From: an uncultured Granulosicoccaceae bacterium
GTDB taxonomy: Bacteria > Pseudomonadota > Gammaproteobacteria > Granulosicoccales > Granulosicoccaceae
Direction of reading: 5' to 3'
Length of the DNA: 32,000 nucleotides
Assembly (NCBI GenBank): GCA_937958675.1
Contig: CALGND010000020.1
Location: 10,017-42,016, forward strand
Part shown: positions 9,002 through 17,086 of the stretch, one piece after another
Position numbering within the stretch: the stretch's first letter is position 1
Layout: each line of letters starts with the position of its first letter
The notes under the pieces: generated by a model
Databases searched by the model: none
What the model saw: the letters and a program-made list of their open reading frames with translations, nothing else
Told to the model about the DNA's origin: nothing
Made by a program: the position numbers and the translations under genes

Positions 9002-10248
9002 GAACTTTTAACCTGTGCCGCCTGGCAAGCTATATTGATGACATCAAAATTACGAAGCTCAGGCATGTTTGCCAAAGCACTCATTGGGCGATTTACAATA
9101 AAGGGAACAACTTGTTCGGTTAGCCCACCGTGTGAGCGTAGCGGTACATCCAGTGCGGCCAAGTCGTGTCGGTGTTCGCTGGTGCCAATAGTGACATTTT
9201 CACCAGTGATAATGACGATGTCGCCAATGCGGTCTGCAGGTAATTCGTATTCTGCGCAGGCTTGAGCTTGGCTTAGCACGACATCAATGCCTTCGATGGC
9301 CAGTAGGCGATCGATTATCTGCTGTAGGTCAGTATCTGCAGGAAGATAGGCTGTGCCGAAGGAACCCAAAGCACCGTGATGTACCACGTAAGGGTCGGTG
9401 ATGGGGAGGATTAATCGTGCAGCATCGACACCCAACCATTCGTCCAGTAAATCTTGTACATAGATAACGTTAGGAGAGCCATCCGCGTGATGCTTGGGTT
9501 TCATCCCATGATCGGCAGTGATTGCAATGGCAGCACCGCTGGCATCCAGCTCGGTAAGATACTTATCGAAGTTGGCGTAGAATGAATTTGCCTCTGCATC
9601 ACCGGGCGCGTGTTTGTGCTGTATGTAATCTGTGGTGGTTAGGTACATGATATCGGGTTTAAATTCTTTTAGTAGCTTGACCCCAGCTGCGAATACAAAT
9701 TCGGACAAAGCCGCTGAGTATACTTCTGGGACATCCATGCCCATCCATTTGGATGCGTTATCAACGCCATGCTCGTTAACTGTTGTTGTATCTGCGCGCT
9801 CAGATGAAAAACAGATCGCTCGATTGTCATTAAATGACATCCCATCAGCCAGTAAAGAACGAAGCTTATCTTTGGCGGTAACGATCGCAACCTTTTGCCC
9901 GTTATTGTAGAAGGCACTAAAAATTGTTGGTGCTCGCAAAAACTTTGGGTCATTCATCATGACCTCTTCACCTGTATCTGGGTCGTATAGAAAGTTGCCA
10001 CAAATACCATGCACCGATGGTGGTCTACCAGTAGCAATCGACATGTTATTCGGATTGGTAAAGCTTGGAATGACGCTATGGGCAAGGCGATCTGTGCCTT
10101 GTTCACGCATGCGTTTAAGTGTCGGCATTAATCCGGCTTCTATGGCGGCATCTAGGTAGGCAGGCTCACACCCATCTAGGCAGATGGCAATCGCGCAAAC
10201 TGGCGGTGTATCATAGTCGCGATCATTTATAGTTAGTTTTGAAGACAT
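8998..10248 (-). CDS. phnA: Phosphonoacetate hydrolase (alkaline-phosphatase superfamily)
   Basis: [10 protein letters not shown] and [31 protein letters not shown] closely follow the remembered N-terminal region of the Pseudomonas fluorescens and Sinorhizobium PhnA proteins. 416 aa. Confidence 0.85.
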   Translation of the reverse strand: MSSKLTINDRDYDTPPVCAIAICLDGCEPAYLDAAIEAGLMPTLKRMREQGTDRLAHSVIPSFTNPNNMSIATGRPPSVHGICGNFLYDPDTGEEVMMNDPKFLRAPTIFSAFYNNGQKVAIVTAKDKLRSLLADGMSFNDNRAICFSSERADTTTVNEHGVDNASKWMGMDVPEVYSAALSEFVFAAGVKLLKEFKPDIMYLTTTDYIQHKHAPGDAEANSFYANFDKYLTELDASGAAIAITADHGMKPKHHADGSPNVIYVQDLLDEWLGVDAARLILPITDPYVVHHGALGSFGTAYLPADTDLQQIIDRLLAIEGIDVVLSQAQACAEYELPADRIGDIVIITGENVTIGTSEHRHDLAALDVPLRSHGGLTEQVVPFIVNRPMSALANMPELRNFDVINIACQAAQVKSS

Positions 10249-10285
10249 GTGCTGTTGGTGTCCGCTTTAATTATTGAGTTATTTT

Positions 10286-10306
10286 TAGTATGAATTTGTA
10301 GTATGA
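10286..10306. repeat. Direct repeat TAGTATGA x2 with 13-bp period, in the phnW-phnA gap
   Basis: The copies are at 10286-10293 and 10299-10306. A related AGTAAG lies at 10322-10327. The 88-bp spacer is AT-rich. Confidence 0.6.
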
Positions 10307-10336
10307 GTATTGTAGTTAGCCAGTAAGATGATGTTA

Positions 10337-11533
10337 TCACTCGGCTGTTAGTTTTTCGCGCTCAGTGTACGCGGCTAAGGGTGCTTGAGCGCTATCAACT
10401 CCCATTTCATTCAATGATTGTGCTGCGGCTGAAACAACTTGCCGCATGACCTGATCATCGAGTTGTCCAATGCAACCGATTCTAAAGCTATCGACGACCG
10501 TCAGCTTACCCGGATAAATTATAAAACCTTTGCTCTTCATCAAATCATAAAACGTTTGGAAGTCGAAATTTTGATGCGCAGGATTAAAAAATGTCACGAT
10601 AATCGGCGATAGCCATCGATCCTGGAGTAAGGTTTCGAAGCCTAGCTTACGCATACCTTCTACTAACACATCACGGTTGGCGCGATATCGAGCACCTCGA
10701 GCCTCAACGCCTCCCTCGGCGCTGTGTTGCCGTAGCGCTTCTGCAAAGGCTGCAATGGTGTGCGTGGGTGGCGTAAATCGCCATTGGCCGGTTTTCTCCA
10801 TGGTTGCCCACTGATCATATATATCTAGGCTCAATGAGTGACTACAGCCCTTGGCTGCTTGTAAAGTACTCTTTTTAGCAATGACAAATCCGAATCCGGG
10901 TACACCTTCTATGCATTTGTTGGCAGAGGAGACTAGTGCCTCATACTCGATAGATTGGCTTGACAGCGGTATCGCGCCAAATGCGCTCATGCTGTCTATC
11001 AGTAGTTTCCGACCCGCTGTATAAGTAGCTTTCGAGATTTCTTCGATTGGATTTAGAATGCCAGAGCTGGTCTCGCAATGAATGGCGACCACATGCGTGA
11101 TGCTTGGGTCAGCTTCAAGTGCGCGAGTGACCTCTTCAGCGCGTGGAGGTAAGTAGTCGCCTTTATCAATGACAGTGTGCGCGCGCCCTAGGCATGCCAA
11201 GGTCTTTGCCGTTCGAAGTCCATAGGCGCCATTCGCCAGAACCAATGCCTTTGCATCGCGCGGCAATAAAGAGCCCAGCATTGCTTCCACAGCAAATGTG
11301 CCACTGCCTTGCATCGGGACACAATCATACAGCTGTTCCGGGTCATCGATCATCGAGAGTAGCGCTCGACGGATCTGCTTGGTCATTGCACGAAAATCGT
11401 CATCCCAAGAGCCCCAATCTCGAAGCATAGCCTGTTTGACAGAATAAGCTGTGGTAAGTGGACCGGGCGTTAATAAGTAGGGCTCGCCCTCGTGTGGGGC
11501 AGGAATTGCAGTCTGATCAGCTTCTTTAGTCAT
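10337..11533 (-). CDS. phnW: 2-aminoethylphosphonate:pyruvate aminotransferase (class-V aminotransferase)
   Basis: YLLTPGPLTT N-terminal motif and the SSANKCIEGVPGFGFV PLP-lysine region. Genomic context is phnA and phnY. The start is chosen at ATG 11533, with AGAGG 7 nt upstream. The ORF is open to 11566. Confidence 0.8.
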   Translation of the reverse strand: MTKEADQTAIPAPHEGEPYLLTPGPLTTAYSVKQAMLRDWGSWDDDFRAMTKQIRRALLSMIDDPEQLYDCVPMQGSGTFAVEAMLGSLLPRDAKALVLANGAYGLRTAKTLACLGRAHTVIDKGDYLPPRAEEVTRALEADPSITHVVAIHCETSSGILNPIEEISKATYTAGRKLLIDSMSAFGAIPLSSQSIEYEALVSSANKCIEGVPGFGFVIAKKSTLQAAKGCSHSLSLDIYDQWATMEKTGQWRFTPPTHTIAAFAEALRQHSAEGGVEARGARYRANRDVLVEGMRKLGFETLLQDRWLSPIIVTFFNPAHQNFDFQTFYDLMKSKGFIIYPGKLTVVDSFRIGCIGQLDDQVMRQVVSAAAQSLNEMGVDSAQAPLAAYTEREKLTAE

Positions 11534-11714
11534 ATTGCAACCTCTGGCAACCTCATATGGCGCCATTAGATTGTTGGCTCACGAGAATGGCCGTTTCTGC
11601 CTTTAAGCGGTGCATGCTATCAATAAGAGCAACATTCGTAAAATCGATATTTAAGATAAATGTATCAATAAAACTGATACTGTCTGTACTGCTCTCAAAA
11701 GCATCTTTAGTGCG

Positions 11715-13397
11715 TCATCTGGGTGTCACATCCATGTCTATGCGAGTGTCAAGCAACGCGCCGCTTTTGCTTAATATAGGGTAAGCCACCGCGGTGTAAA
11801 GCGAGTTTATTTCTTTAAGCGCTCGCACCACTTCAAGGTGTAAGTCACTGGTAGCGATACTTTCTGGCGTGCCTTTCATAAGACGGTGTAAATGGCGGGC
11901 TCGTGTCTCGCGTTCTAGATTTCCGATTTTTGTTTTCTCTATAATCAATTGCTTGGCTGAGGCTAAATCCTCAGAAAGCACCACGTTTAATGACAGCTGT
12001 ATATTGGTCATAATACGTGTATGCAGGGCGGATATTTCGCGAAAGCCGGCGGTAGAAAACACTCGACGCTTTTCGTGCTGCTCTTCAATGCGGTTGAGTA
12101 AATCCTTGGCGATAATGTCGCCTACTCGTTCTATGTTGATAGCCATGCTGGTGAGTTCGATACCACGGCGTGCTTGATTCATTGATAAGTCGCCGCTGTT
12201 GAGTTCGGCGATATAAAGTTTGATATCGGTATGAGCCTGATTGATTTGCTTTTCGGTTGTTCTGATCTCTTCCATAATATCAGGCTGATAAGTTTCAAAG
12301 AGCCCAGGAATTTCTCTGATCATGGATTCTGCCAATAGACTCATGCGCAGCACTTCTCGAGTTACGCTGGGTAATGCACGATCTGGGTGGTCGAGTGCAT
12401 TGCGATCTAGCGCGGATTGCGTTCCTGATCCATTGCCATTAGTTGCCGCTTTGGCCCGCAGTAGGGCATTAGTAGTGGCTAATATGGGCTTAATTAATGC
12501 GATGCCCGGAATCAATAATGCGATGTTAAATATCAGATGAAAGTTAATCAGCTGATGCGCAGGGTTAGAGCCTGGAAGTAGGGTCGGTATATCTCCATAA
12601 AACAATATTGCTAAGACGACTAGCGCAAATGCTGTACGTAACAATACATTGGCTAAAGATAGCCGTCGTGCCTCGCGTGGTGCTGCGCGAGTAAGCCATA
12701 GGGCTATTGCCGAGCCGCCCGCATTTGCACCTAACACGAGTGCTAGTCCAGCTTCGAGTGGTATCACGCTCTGTGCGCATAGTGCCGCTAATAAAAGAAT
12801 GGCGGCTACGCTAGAATGAAATACAAATGCTATTAGTGCGCCTCCTAGAAAAGCGGCTAACACGTCATTGCTTAAATAAATCGCAATACCTGAGATTTGC
12901 GTAGAACTTCTTAACGGTTCTGTTGCATCACCAATCATTTTTAAAGACAGTAAAATAAAAGCTATGCCAAGGATGACGCGGCCAGCGTGTTTGGCAATTC
13001 TTGCCTCTAAGCGCAGAAACATAAACCCGCCGATCAGCAAACAAGCAGGTATTAGCCAACTTAGATTGAGGCTAAGAAACTGCACAACCAGTGCAGTGCC
13101 GACGTCAGCTCCAAGCACTATTGCCAGCGCTGCGGCTAACGATAGGGCACCTGTTGATACAAAGCCTGCAACCAGTAAAACTACAGCTGTAGAACTTTGC
13201 AGCAATGTCGCAACGGTGATGCCCGATGCGATGCCGCGTAGAGGATTAGAGCTGGCTTTTAAGAGCAGGGATCGTAAAAGAGGTCCCGCGGCACGTTCAA
13301 AGCCTGTTCGGACCATGCGTGTGGAGTACAACAACAACATAACGGCTGCAGCCAAATGAATAACAATTGCCGAAAGGTGCATGGTTGAGTTTGTCAA
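11715..13397 (-). CDS. Na+/phosphate cotransporter family protein with C-terminal PhoU-like domain (YjbB/NptA type)
   Basis: The N-terminal ~330 aa is polytopic membrane protein with an internal repeat. The C-terminal ~210 aa is a helical PhoU-like region (DIKLYIAEL, INIERVGDIIAKD). The start is uncertain between TTG 13397 and ATG 13383. Confidence 0.75.
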   Translation of the reverse strand: MTNSTMHLSAIVIHLAAAVMLLLYSTRMVRTGFERAAGPLLRSLLLKASSNPLRGIASGITVATLLQSSTAVVLLVAGFVSTGALSLAAALAIVLGADVGTALVVQFLSLNLSWLIPACLLIGGFMFLRLEARIAKHAGRVILGIAFILLSLKMIGDATEPLRSSTQISGIAIYLSNDVLAAFLGGALIAFVFHSSVAAILLLAALCAQSVIPLEAGLALVLGANAGGSAIALWLTRAAPREARRLSLANVLLRTAFALVVLAILFYGDIPTLLPGSNPAHQLINFHLIFNIALLIPGIALIKPILATTNALLRAKAATNGNGSGTQSALDRNALDHPDRALPSVTREVLRMSLLAESMIREIPGLFETYQPDIMEEIRTTEKQINQAHTDIKLYIAELNSGDLSMNQARRGIELTSMAINIERVGDIIAKDLLNRIEEQHEKRRVFSTAGFREISALHTRIMTNIQLSLNVVLSEDLASAKQLIIEKTKIGNLERETRARHLHRLMKGTPESIATSDLHLEVVRALKEINSLYTAVAYPILSKSGALLDTRIDMDVTPR

Positions 13398-13410
13398 TTC
13401 CTTTAAATTA

Positions 13411-13434
13411 AGTAAGTTATGTCAGTAAGTTATG
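13411..13434. repeat. Perfect direct repeat AGTAAGTTATG x2 with 13-bp period, immediately upstream of the transporter start
   Basis: The copies are at 13411-13421 and 13424-13434, separated by tc. Confidence 0.8.
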
Positions 13435-13477
13435 GTGCACGGCTTAGCCGAGCACCGCCCACTCTTCGTTGTGTACA

Positions 13478-13499
13478 CCGTTGCGTGATCCGTTGCGTG
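13478..13499. repeat. Perfect direct repeat CCGTTGCGTG x2 with 12-bp period, in the operon leader
   Basis: The copies are at 13478-13487 and 13490-13499, separated by at. Confidence 0.8.
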
Positions 13500-13528
13500 C
13501 CGCACAGATATTCTTCGCGCAATTTTCC

Positions 13529-13557
13529 AGTATCCTCTAGTAGCACCCATTGGTCAA
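13529..13557 (-). promoter_or_regulatory. Candidate sigma70 promoter of the phosphonate operon
   Basis: Read on the minus strand: -35 TTGACC (13557-13552), 17-nt spacer, -10 GATACT (13534-13529). It would give a leader of about 130 nt containing the two direct repeats. Confidence 0.3.
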
Positions 13558-13578
13558 ACTATTGGTTTTTATTGTAGT

Positions 13579-13593
13579 ATCGATTGAATTGAT
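13579..13593. promoter_or_regulatory. ATC-N9-GAT dyad (T-N11-A), candidate LysR-type regulator binding site
   Basis: ATCGATTGAATTGAT is centred about 30 bp upstream of the candidate -35. That is roughly -65, the classical LTTR recognition-site position. It lies between the divergent LysR gene and the operon. Confidence 0.3.
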
Positions 13594-13625
13594 AGGTGGA
13601 ATTGGCAAACTGATGGTGAATCACT

Positions 13626-14501
13626 ATGCGTTACGTCCAGCTTAGAGCGTTTCACTATGTCGCCACGCTCGGTGGGTTTTCTCGTGCGGCAGAAGCGCTG
13701 CATGTCACACAACCTGCCATATCGGACCAGGTTCGAAAACTTGAAGCCGATTACGATATGAAGCTTTTTGAAAGACACAGGAAGCAGGTGAGCGTTACAA
13801 CTAACGGCCAAGCTTTGTTGGAAATAACCAACCGACTATTCGAAATAGAGCAACTTGCTTATGAGTTTCTTAATGAGTCTAGGTCCGAGCGCATCGGTAC
13901 CCTAAGGATCGTTGCTGATTCGGCCCATCACATGACACGCGTTCTCGCTCTCTTTCGTCAAGAGTTTCCAAACGTTTTTGTTTCCATACGTTCGGGAAAC
14001 TCAGAGCAGGTTCTCGATATGTTAGATCGATATGAAGCGGATATCGGTGTTCTTGGATATGTACCAGAAGATAAAAAGCTTGATGTGGTGCCACTTGCAT
14101 CAACACCGCTAATTGCATTTGCATCGTCAATTACAAAGACGGCAGTTGCATCACGTAAAAGTGTCAGTCTTAAAGAGCTGGCGACCTGGCCGCTGGTAAT
14201 GCGAGAACAAGGGTCACGCACACGAGCAAAATTGGAAGAGCAGGCGAATAGTTTAGGCTTGAAGTTGAACATCACTATTGAGGCGGAAGGTCGAGAGGCA
14301 GTAAGGCAAATAGTGGTTGACGGTGGTGGGGTTGGTGTTGTCTCTGACGCTGAGTATGTTGGCGGGCCGAATGTGCAGAAAATAGCGATTCGCGATAAAA
14401 ACCTAACAATGCAGGAAGCCATTCTTTGTCTAAGAGAGCGTAGCGAGAATAAATTGATAAATCGGTTTATTTCTTTAGCTCGAAAACACTCGCCACGATA
14501 A
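13626..14501 (+). CDS. LysR-family transcriptional regulator, probable regulator of the divergent phosphonate operon
   Basis: N-terminal wHTH LRAFHYVATLGGFSRAAEALHVTQPAISDQVRKLE followed by a LysR substrate-binding domain. The divergent arrangement is typical of LTTRs. Confidence 0.85.
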   Translation: MRYVQLRAFHYVATLGGFSRAAEALHVTQPAISDQVRKLEADYDMKLFERHRKQVSVTTNGQALLEITNRLFEIEQLAYEFLNESRSERIGTLRIVADSAHHMTRVLALFRQEFPNVFVSIRSGNSEQVLDMLDRYEADIGVLGYVPEDKKLDVVPLASTPLIAFASSITKTAVASRKSVSLKELATWPLVMREQGSRTRAKLEEQANSLGLKLNITIEAEGREAVRQIVVDGGGVGVVSDAEYVGGPNVQKIAIRDKNLTMQEAILCLRERSENKLINRFISLARKHSPR

Positions 14502-14511
14502 CTAAATCTTG

Positions 14512-15405
14512 CTAACGCACAGCCAACCAGTCATTTATAAGTGGCCAAATCTCACGGGATGCGCGTCGTGAGGCGACAATCCTCGGATGATTGTAATCTT
14601 CCGAGAAGCCGGCGTGTATGCCGCACTCTTGGTACTGTTTGTCTATGCTGCCCAGTCGATCAAACAACGTTCGGCAGCCTTCGGGTGGAGCGATAAAATA
14701 GTCAGCAGATCCTGATAGCATCAGTGTTGGTGTGCTGATAGTAGCTAGCGCATCCATGTAGTTAAACCCATCATCTCCTAGCCACTGCTGAGTTAAGCTC
14801 CAGCGATACCATTGGGCCATAACAGAACCAAATTCGTTTTCTGGCCCGAGCTTGAAGTACTTTCCGGGGGCAAAGCGTATGAGCCAAGTGATCACTTTCG
14901 ATAGGTGAATGATGATCCGGTTTTTGCGCAGTATTGCCGCATGAGTGGTCTGACTTGCTAAGGTGACGATGGCTTTGATTGACGCTTTGTACACGGGTCG
15001 TCGACACAACAAAGTGAGTACGGCCAAGCCACCAGCGCTATGGCCTACCCAAATGACAGTTTCAGTGGGGTAGAGCATCTTCAGGTGATCGAGCGCCGCT
15101 GCTGCATCCTCTATACACATCGATTCGAAGCTTGGTTCTTTTTTAGGCTTATCACTAGATCCGTGGCCTTGGAAATCGAGTATCCAACAGTCGTAACCAT
15201 TATCGGATAGGTATTGAGCTAGCCCTTGCACCGATCGGTGGTTGGAAAACGTACCGTGGGAAAGTAGTACAGGACTCTGGTTTCGCAGTTGTTCTATTGC
15301 CGTGGACGATTTAGAGCGTGATGTCTTTGCCGGCAAGTGTGTTAGAGCTAACCGAGTGCCTGAATCATTTACGATAAAATGAGCAGACGACCCGGTCGCG
15401 GTCAT
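14512..15405 (-). CDS. Alpha/beta-fold hydrolase
   Basis: Nucleophile elbow GHSAGG and the HGTFSN oxyanion region. A late His lies in EDYNHPR. The start overlaps the stop of the radical-SAM gene (ATGA at 15402-15405). Confidence 0.8.
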   Translation of the reverse strand: MTATGSSAHFIVNDSGTRLALTHLPAKTSRSKSSTAIEQLRNQSPVLLSHGTFSNHRSVQGLAQYLSDNGYDCWILDFQGHGSSDKPKKEPSFESMCIEDAAAALDHLKMLYPTETVIWVGHSAGGLAVLTLLCRRPVYKASIKAIVTLASQTTHAAILRKNRIIIHLSKVITWLIRFAPGKYFKLGPENEFGSVMAQWYRWSLTQQWLGDDGFNYMDALATISTPTLMLSGSADYFIAPPEGCRTLFDRLGSIDKQYQECGIHAGFSEDYNHPRIVASRRASREIWPLINDWLAVR

Positions 15406-16871
15406 GCTGTAGCTTCAACTACAACTGGAATATCTTTTACGGTTAGTTTCTTAGCATTGCGTATTTCTTCCAAGCGAATGCTTGCGATCAGGGATTGCAG
15501 CATGGGAATATAATACTGCCCGTTTCCAATAAACTGAATGTCCACATCAGAAATAACGATCCATTTCCTATTTGCCAACTCGTTCCAGACCTCCTCGTAA
15601 GCGCTTATCAGGCTCTCCTGGAATATTTGTTCATAGTTGACATGATTTATCGCCATGGTCTGCATGGACTGGAAAATCCAAGCCAGCTTTACGTCCTGGT
15701 GGTTGTACATAAAACCACGACCCACTGGAAATTTGCCGTCATCTAGGTCTTGACAGTAGTTTTTTAAGGATGTCTGGTTCATGTATATCCAGCTTCTGTC
15801 ATCCGCATCCAATCCATTTGGGTGAAAGTTTACGGCGGCATAACCAATACCACATACTTGTTTGGTTCTTTGAACCTTGCCATCTTCCTGCTCAACAAAA
15901 TCGTGCATTGAGTGTTCGTAGTCGTAGGAGCCTTTTCGGATATCTTCTGCAGTATCCGCCTTACGACTCCAATCGTATACAGTCACTTGCTCAAACCCTT
16001 GCGAACGTAAGAAGTCACCGGCAATTTGATACATCTCGATGTTCGTCTCGATGGTGGGTAATAAAGCGCGCTTTTTAGGTGTTGCAAAATCACTGCGCCC
16101 TGCCACATTGAGTTCGTAATGAGTCAGGTGGTTAACGCCAGCAGAAATCGCATCTTTTAAATCAGTCAGCATGTTTTCTACCGTTTGTTCAGGCCAACCG
16201 TAGATCAAATCCATGCTGTTGGCGAGATTGTACTTATGGCACAAATCTACGGCATCAAACACCTGTTTTCTGGTTTGCCTTCGACCACTGTATTTGATTA
16301 GGTCATCGTTTAGCTGTTGTACGCCCATGCTGACACGGTTGAAACCTGCTTCACTGATCGCACGTAATTTTGCTTCGTTGAATAATTGTGGAATGCCTTC
16401 AAGTGTTTTTTCAATGTCCGCTGGAACACCACCGTATAACTGATCAACGAATTCCATGATCTGTCCGTAGTGTTCGGGATGATACAAATTAGGCGTGCCT
16501 CCACCAAAATAGATACTGGCTAGATGGTCACTACCGTAGAAAGGCTTGTACATCTCAAATTCTTTCTGTAGGTAGGCGATGTAGTCTTCTACACCACTGT
16601 TGCCTTCATAATCTTCACTGGGAAAGAGGCAAAAACCACAGCGTGCGGGTTTTGTTTTAATGCAAAATGGCGTACCTACATACAGATTGACGTCGAATTC
16701 GGAACGCATAGCGTAACCGGAGCGCTCATCTAAGAGGTATTCGACTGGTTCGTCTAACGGCTTCCAATGGCCTGGCGACGGATGGCCGTGAAGGACCTTG
16801 TTGGATTGGCGACGAAACTCTTCACGCGCAATAAACGTTTGCACGTAGCTTTTTGAAAATTCGTTTGACAC
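15402..16871 (-). CDS. HemN-family radical SAM protein (coproporphyrinogen-III-oxidase-like) with a non-canonical cluster motif
   Basis: HemN-family blocks are IYFGGGTPNL, NRVSMGVQQLND and SMDLIYGWPEQT. The cluster region reads PFCIKTKPARCGFCLF, i.e. C-X8-C-X2-C instead of C-X3-C-X2-C. GTG start with AAGGTGA upstream. Confidence 0.8.
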   Translation of the reverse strand: MSNEFSKSYVQTFIAREEFRRQSNKVLHGHPSPGHWKPLDEPVEYLLDERSGYAMRSEFDVNLYVGTPFCIKTKPARCGFCLFPSEDYEGNSGVEDYIAYLQKEFEMYKPFYGSDHLASIYFGGGTPNLYHPEHYGQIMEFVDQLYGGVPADIEKTLEGIPQLFNEAKLRAISEAGFNRVSMGVQQLNDDLIKYSGRRQTRKQVFDAVDLCHKYNLANSMDLIYGWPEQTVENMLTDLKDAISAGVNHLTHYELNVAGRSDFATPKKRALLPTIETNIEMYQIAGDFLRSQGFEQVTVYDWSRKADTAEDIRKGSYDYEHSMHDFVEQEDGKVQRTKQVCGIGYAAVNFHPNGLDADDRSWIYMNQTSLKNYCQDLDDGKFPVGRGFMYNHQDVKLAWIFQSMQTMAINHVNYEQIFQESLISAYEEVWNELANRKWIVISDVDIQFIGNGQYYIPMLQSLIASIRLEEIRNAKKLTVKDIPVVVEATA

Positions 16872-16932
16872 AGTTCACCTTGGGATAAAGGCAATTCCTG
16901 CTGCGCTTCTCCTCTATGCTATTGACAGTAGA

Positions 16933-16949
16933 GTACGTATATTACGTAC
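16933..16949. promoter_or_regulatory. Perfect 7-3-7 palindrome GTACGTA-TAT-TACGTAC, candidate operator
   Basis: It overlaps the predicted -10 of the radical-SAM operon promoter. Confidence 0.45.
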
Positions 16950-16966
16950 GCAGGATTTTTGGTCAA
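16939..16966 (-). promoter_or_regulatory. Predicted sigma70 promoter of the radical-SAM/hydrolase operon
   Basis: Read on the minus strand: -35 TTGACC (16966-16961), 16-nt spacer, -10 TAATAT (16944-16939). It lies about 65 nt upstream of the GTG start. Confidence 0.55.
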
Positions 16967-16973
16967 CCAAAAA
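16956..16973. promoter_or_regulatory. Palindrome TTTTTGGT-CA-ACCAAAAA overlapping the -35
   Basis: 8-bp arms with a 2-nt centre. The TGGT..ACCA core resembles GntR/FadR-type operators. Confidence 0.35.
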
Positions 16974-17086
16974 GTGTGAAAGTTAGCAAAACAATTATGA
17001 CGCCTGTTTATTGTCAGCAAGTGCGTGTTTATAATCTCCGCGCTTCCAGTATTGTTTTGCCGAGCCAAGTATTAGCGCAATACTAA

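Noticed and set aside
13411-13434. Interpreting the AGTAAGTTATG x2 repeat as a Pho box.
   Set aside because: Pho boxes are 7-bp CTGTCAT-type repeats with 11-bp phasing. This repeat has 13-bp phasing and a different sequence, and it sits after the predicted promoter rather than at -35.
13958-14422. Long antisense ORFs inside confident genes. Examples are 13958-14422 (154 aa) opposite the LysR gene, 8795-9265 (156 aa), 1384-1800 (138 aa), 12964-13359 (131 aa) and 3543-3875 (110 aa).
   Set aside because: Each lies fully opposite a gene with clear family motifs. Their translations are low-complexity and rich in Ser, Arg, Pro and Ala, with no motifs. This is the usual shadow-ORF pattern on the antisense strand.
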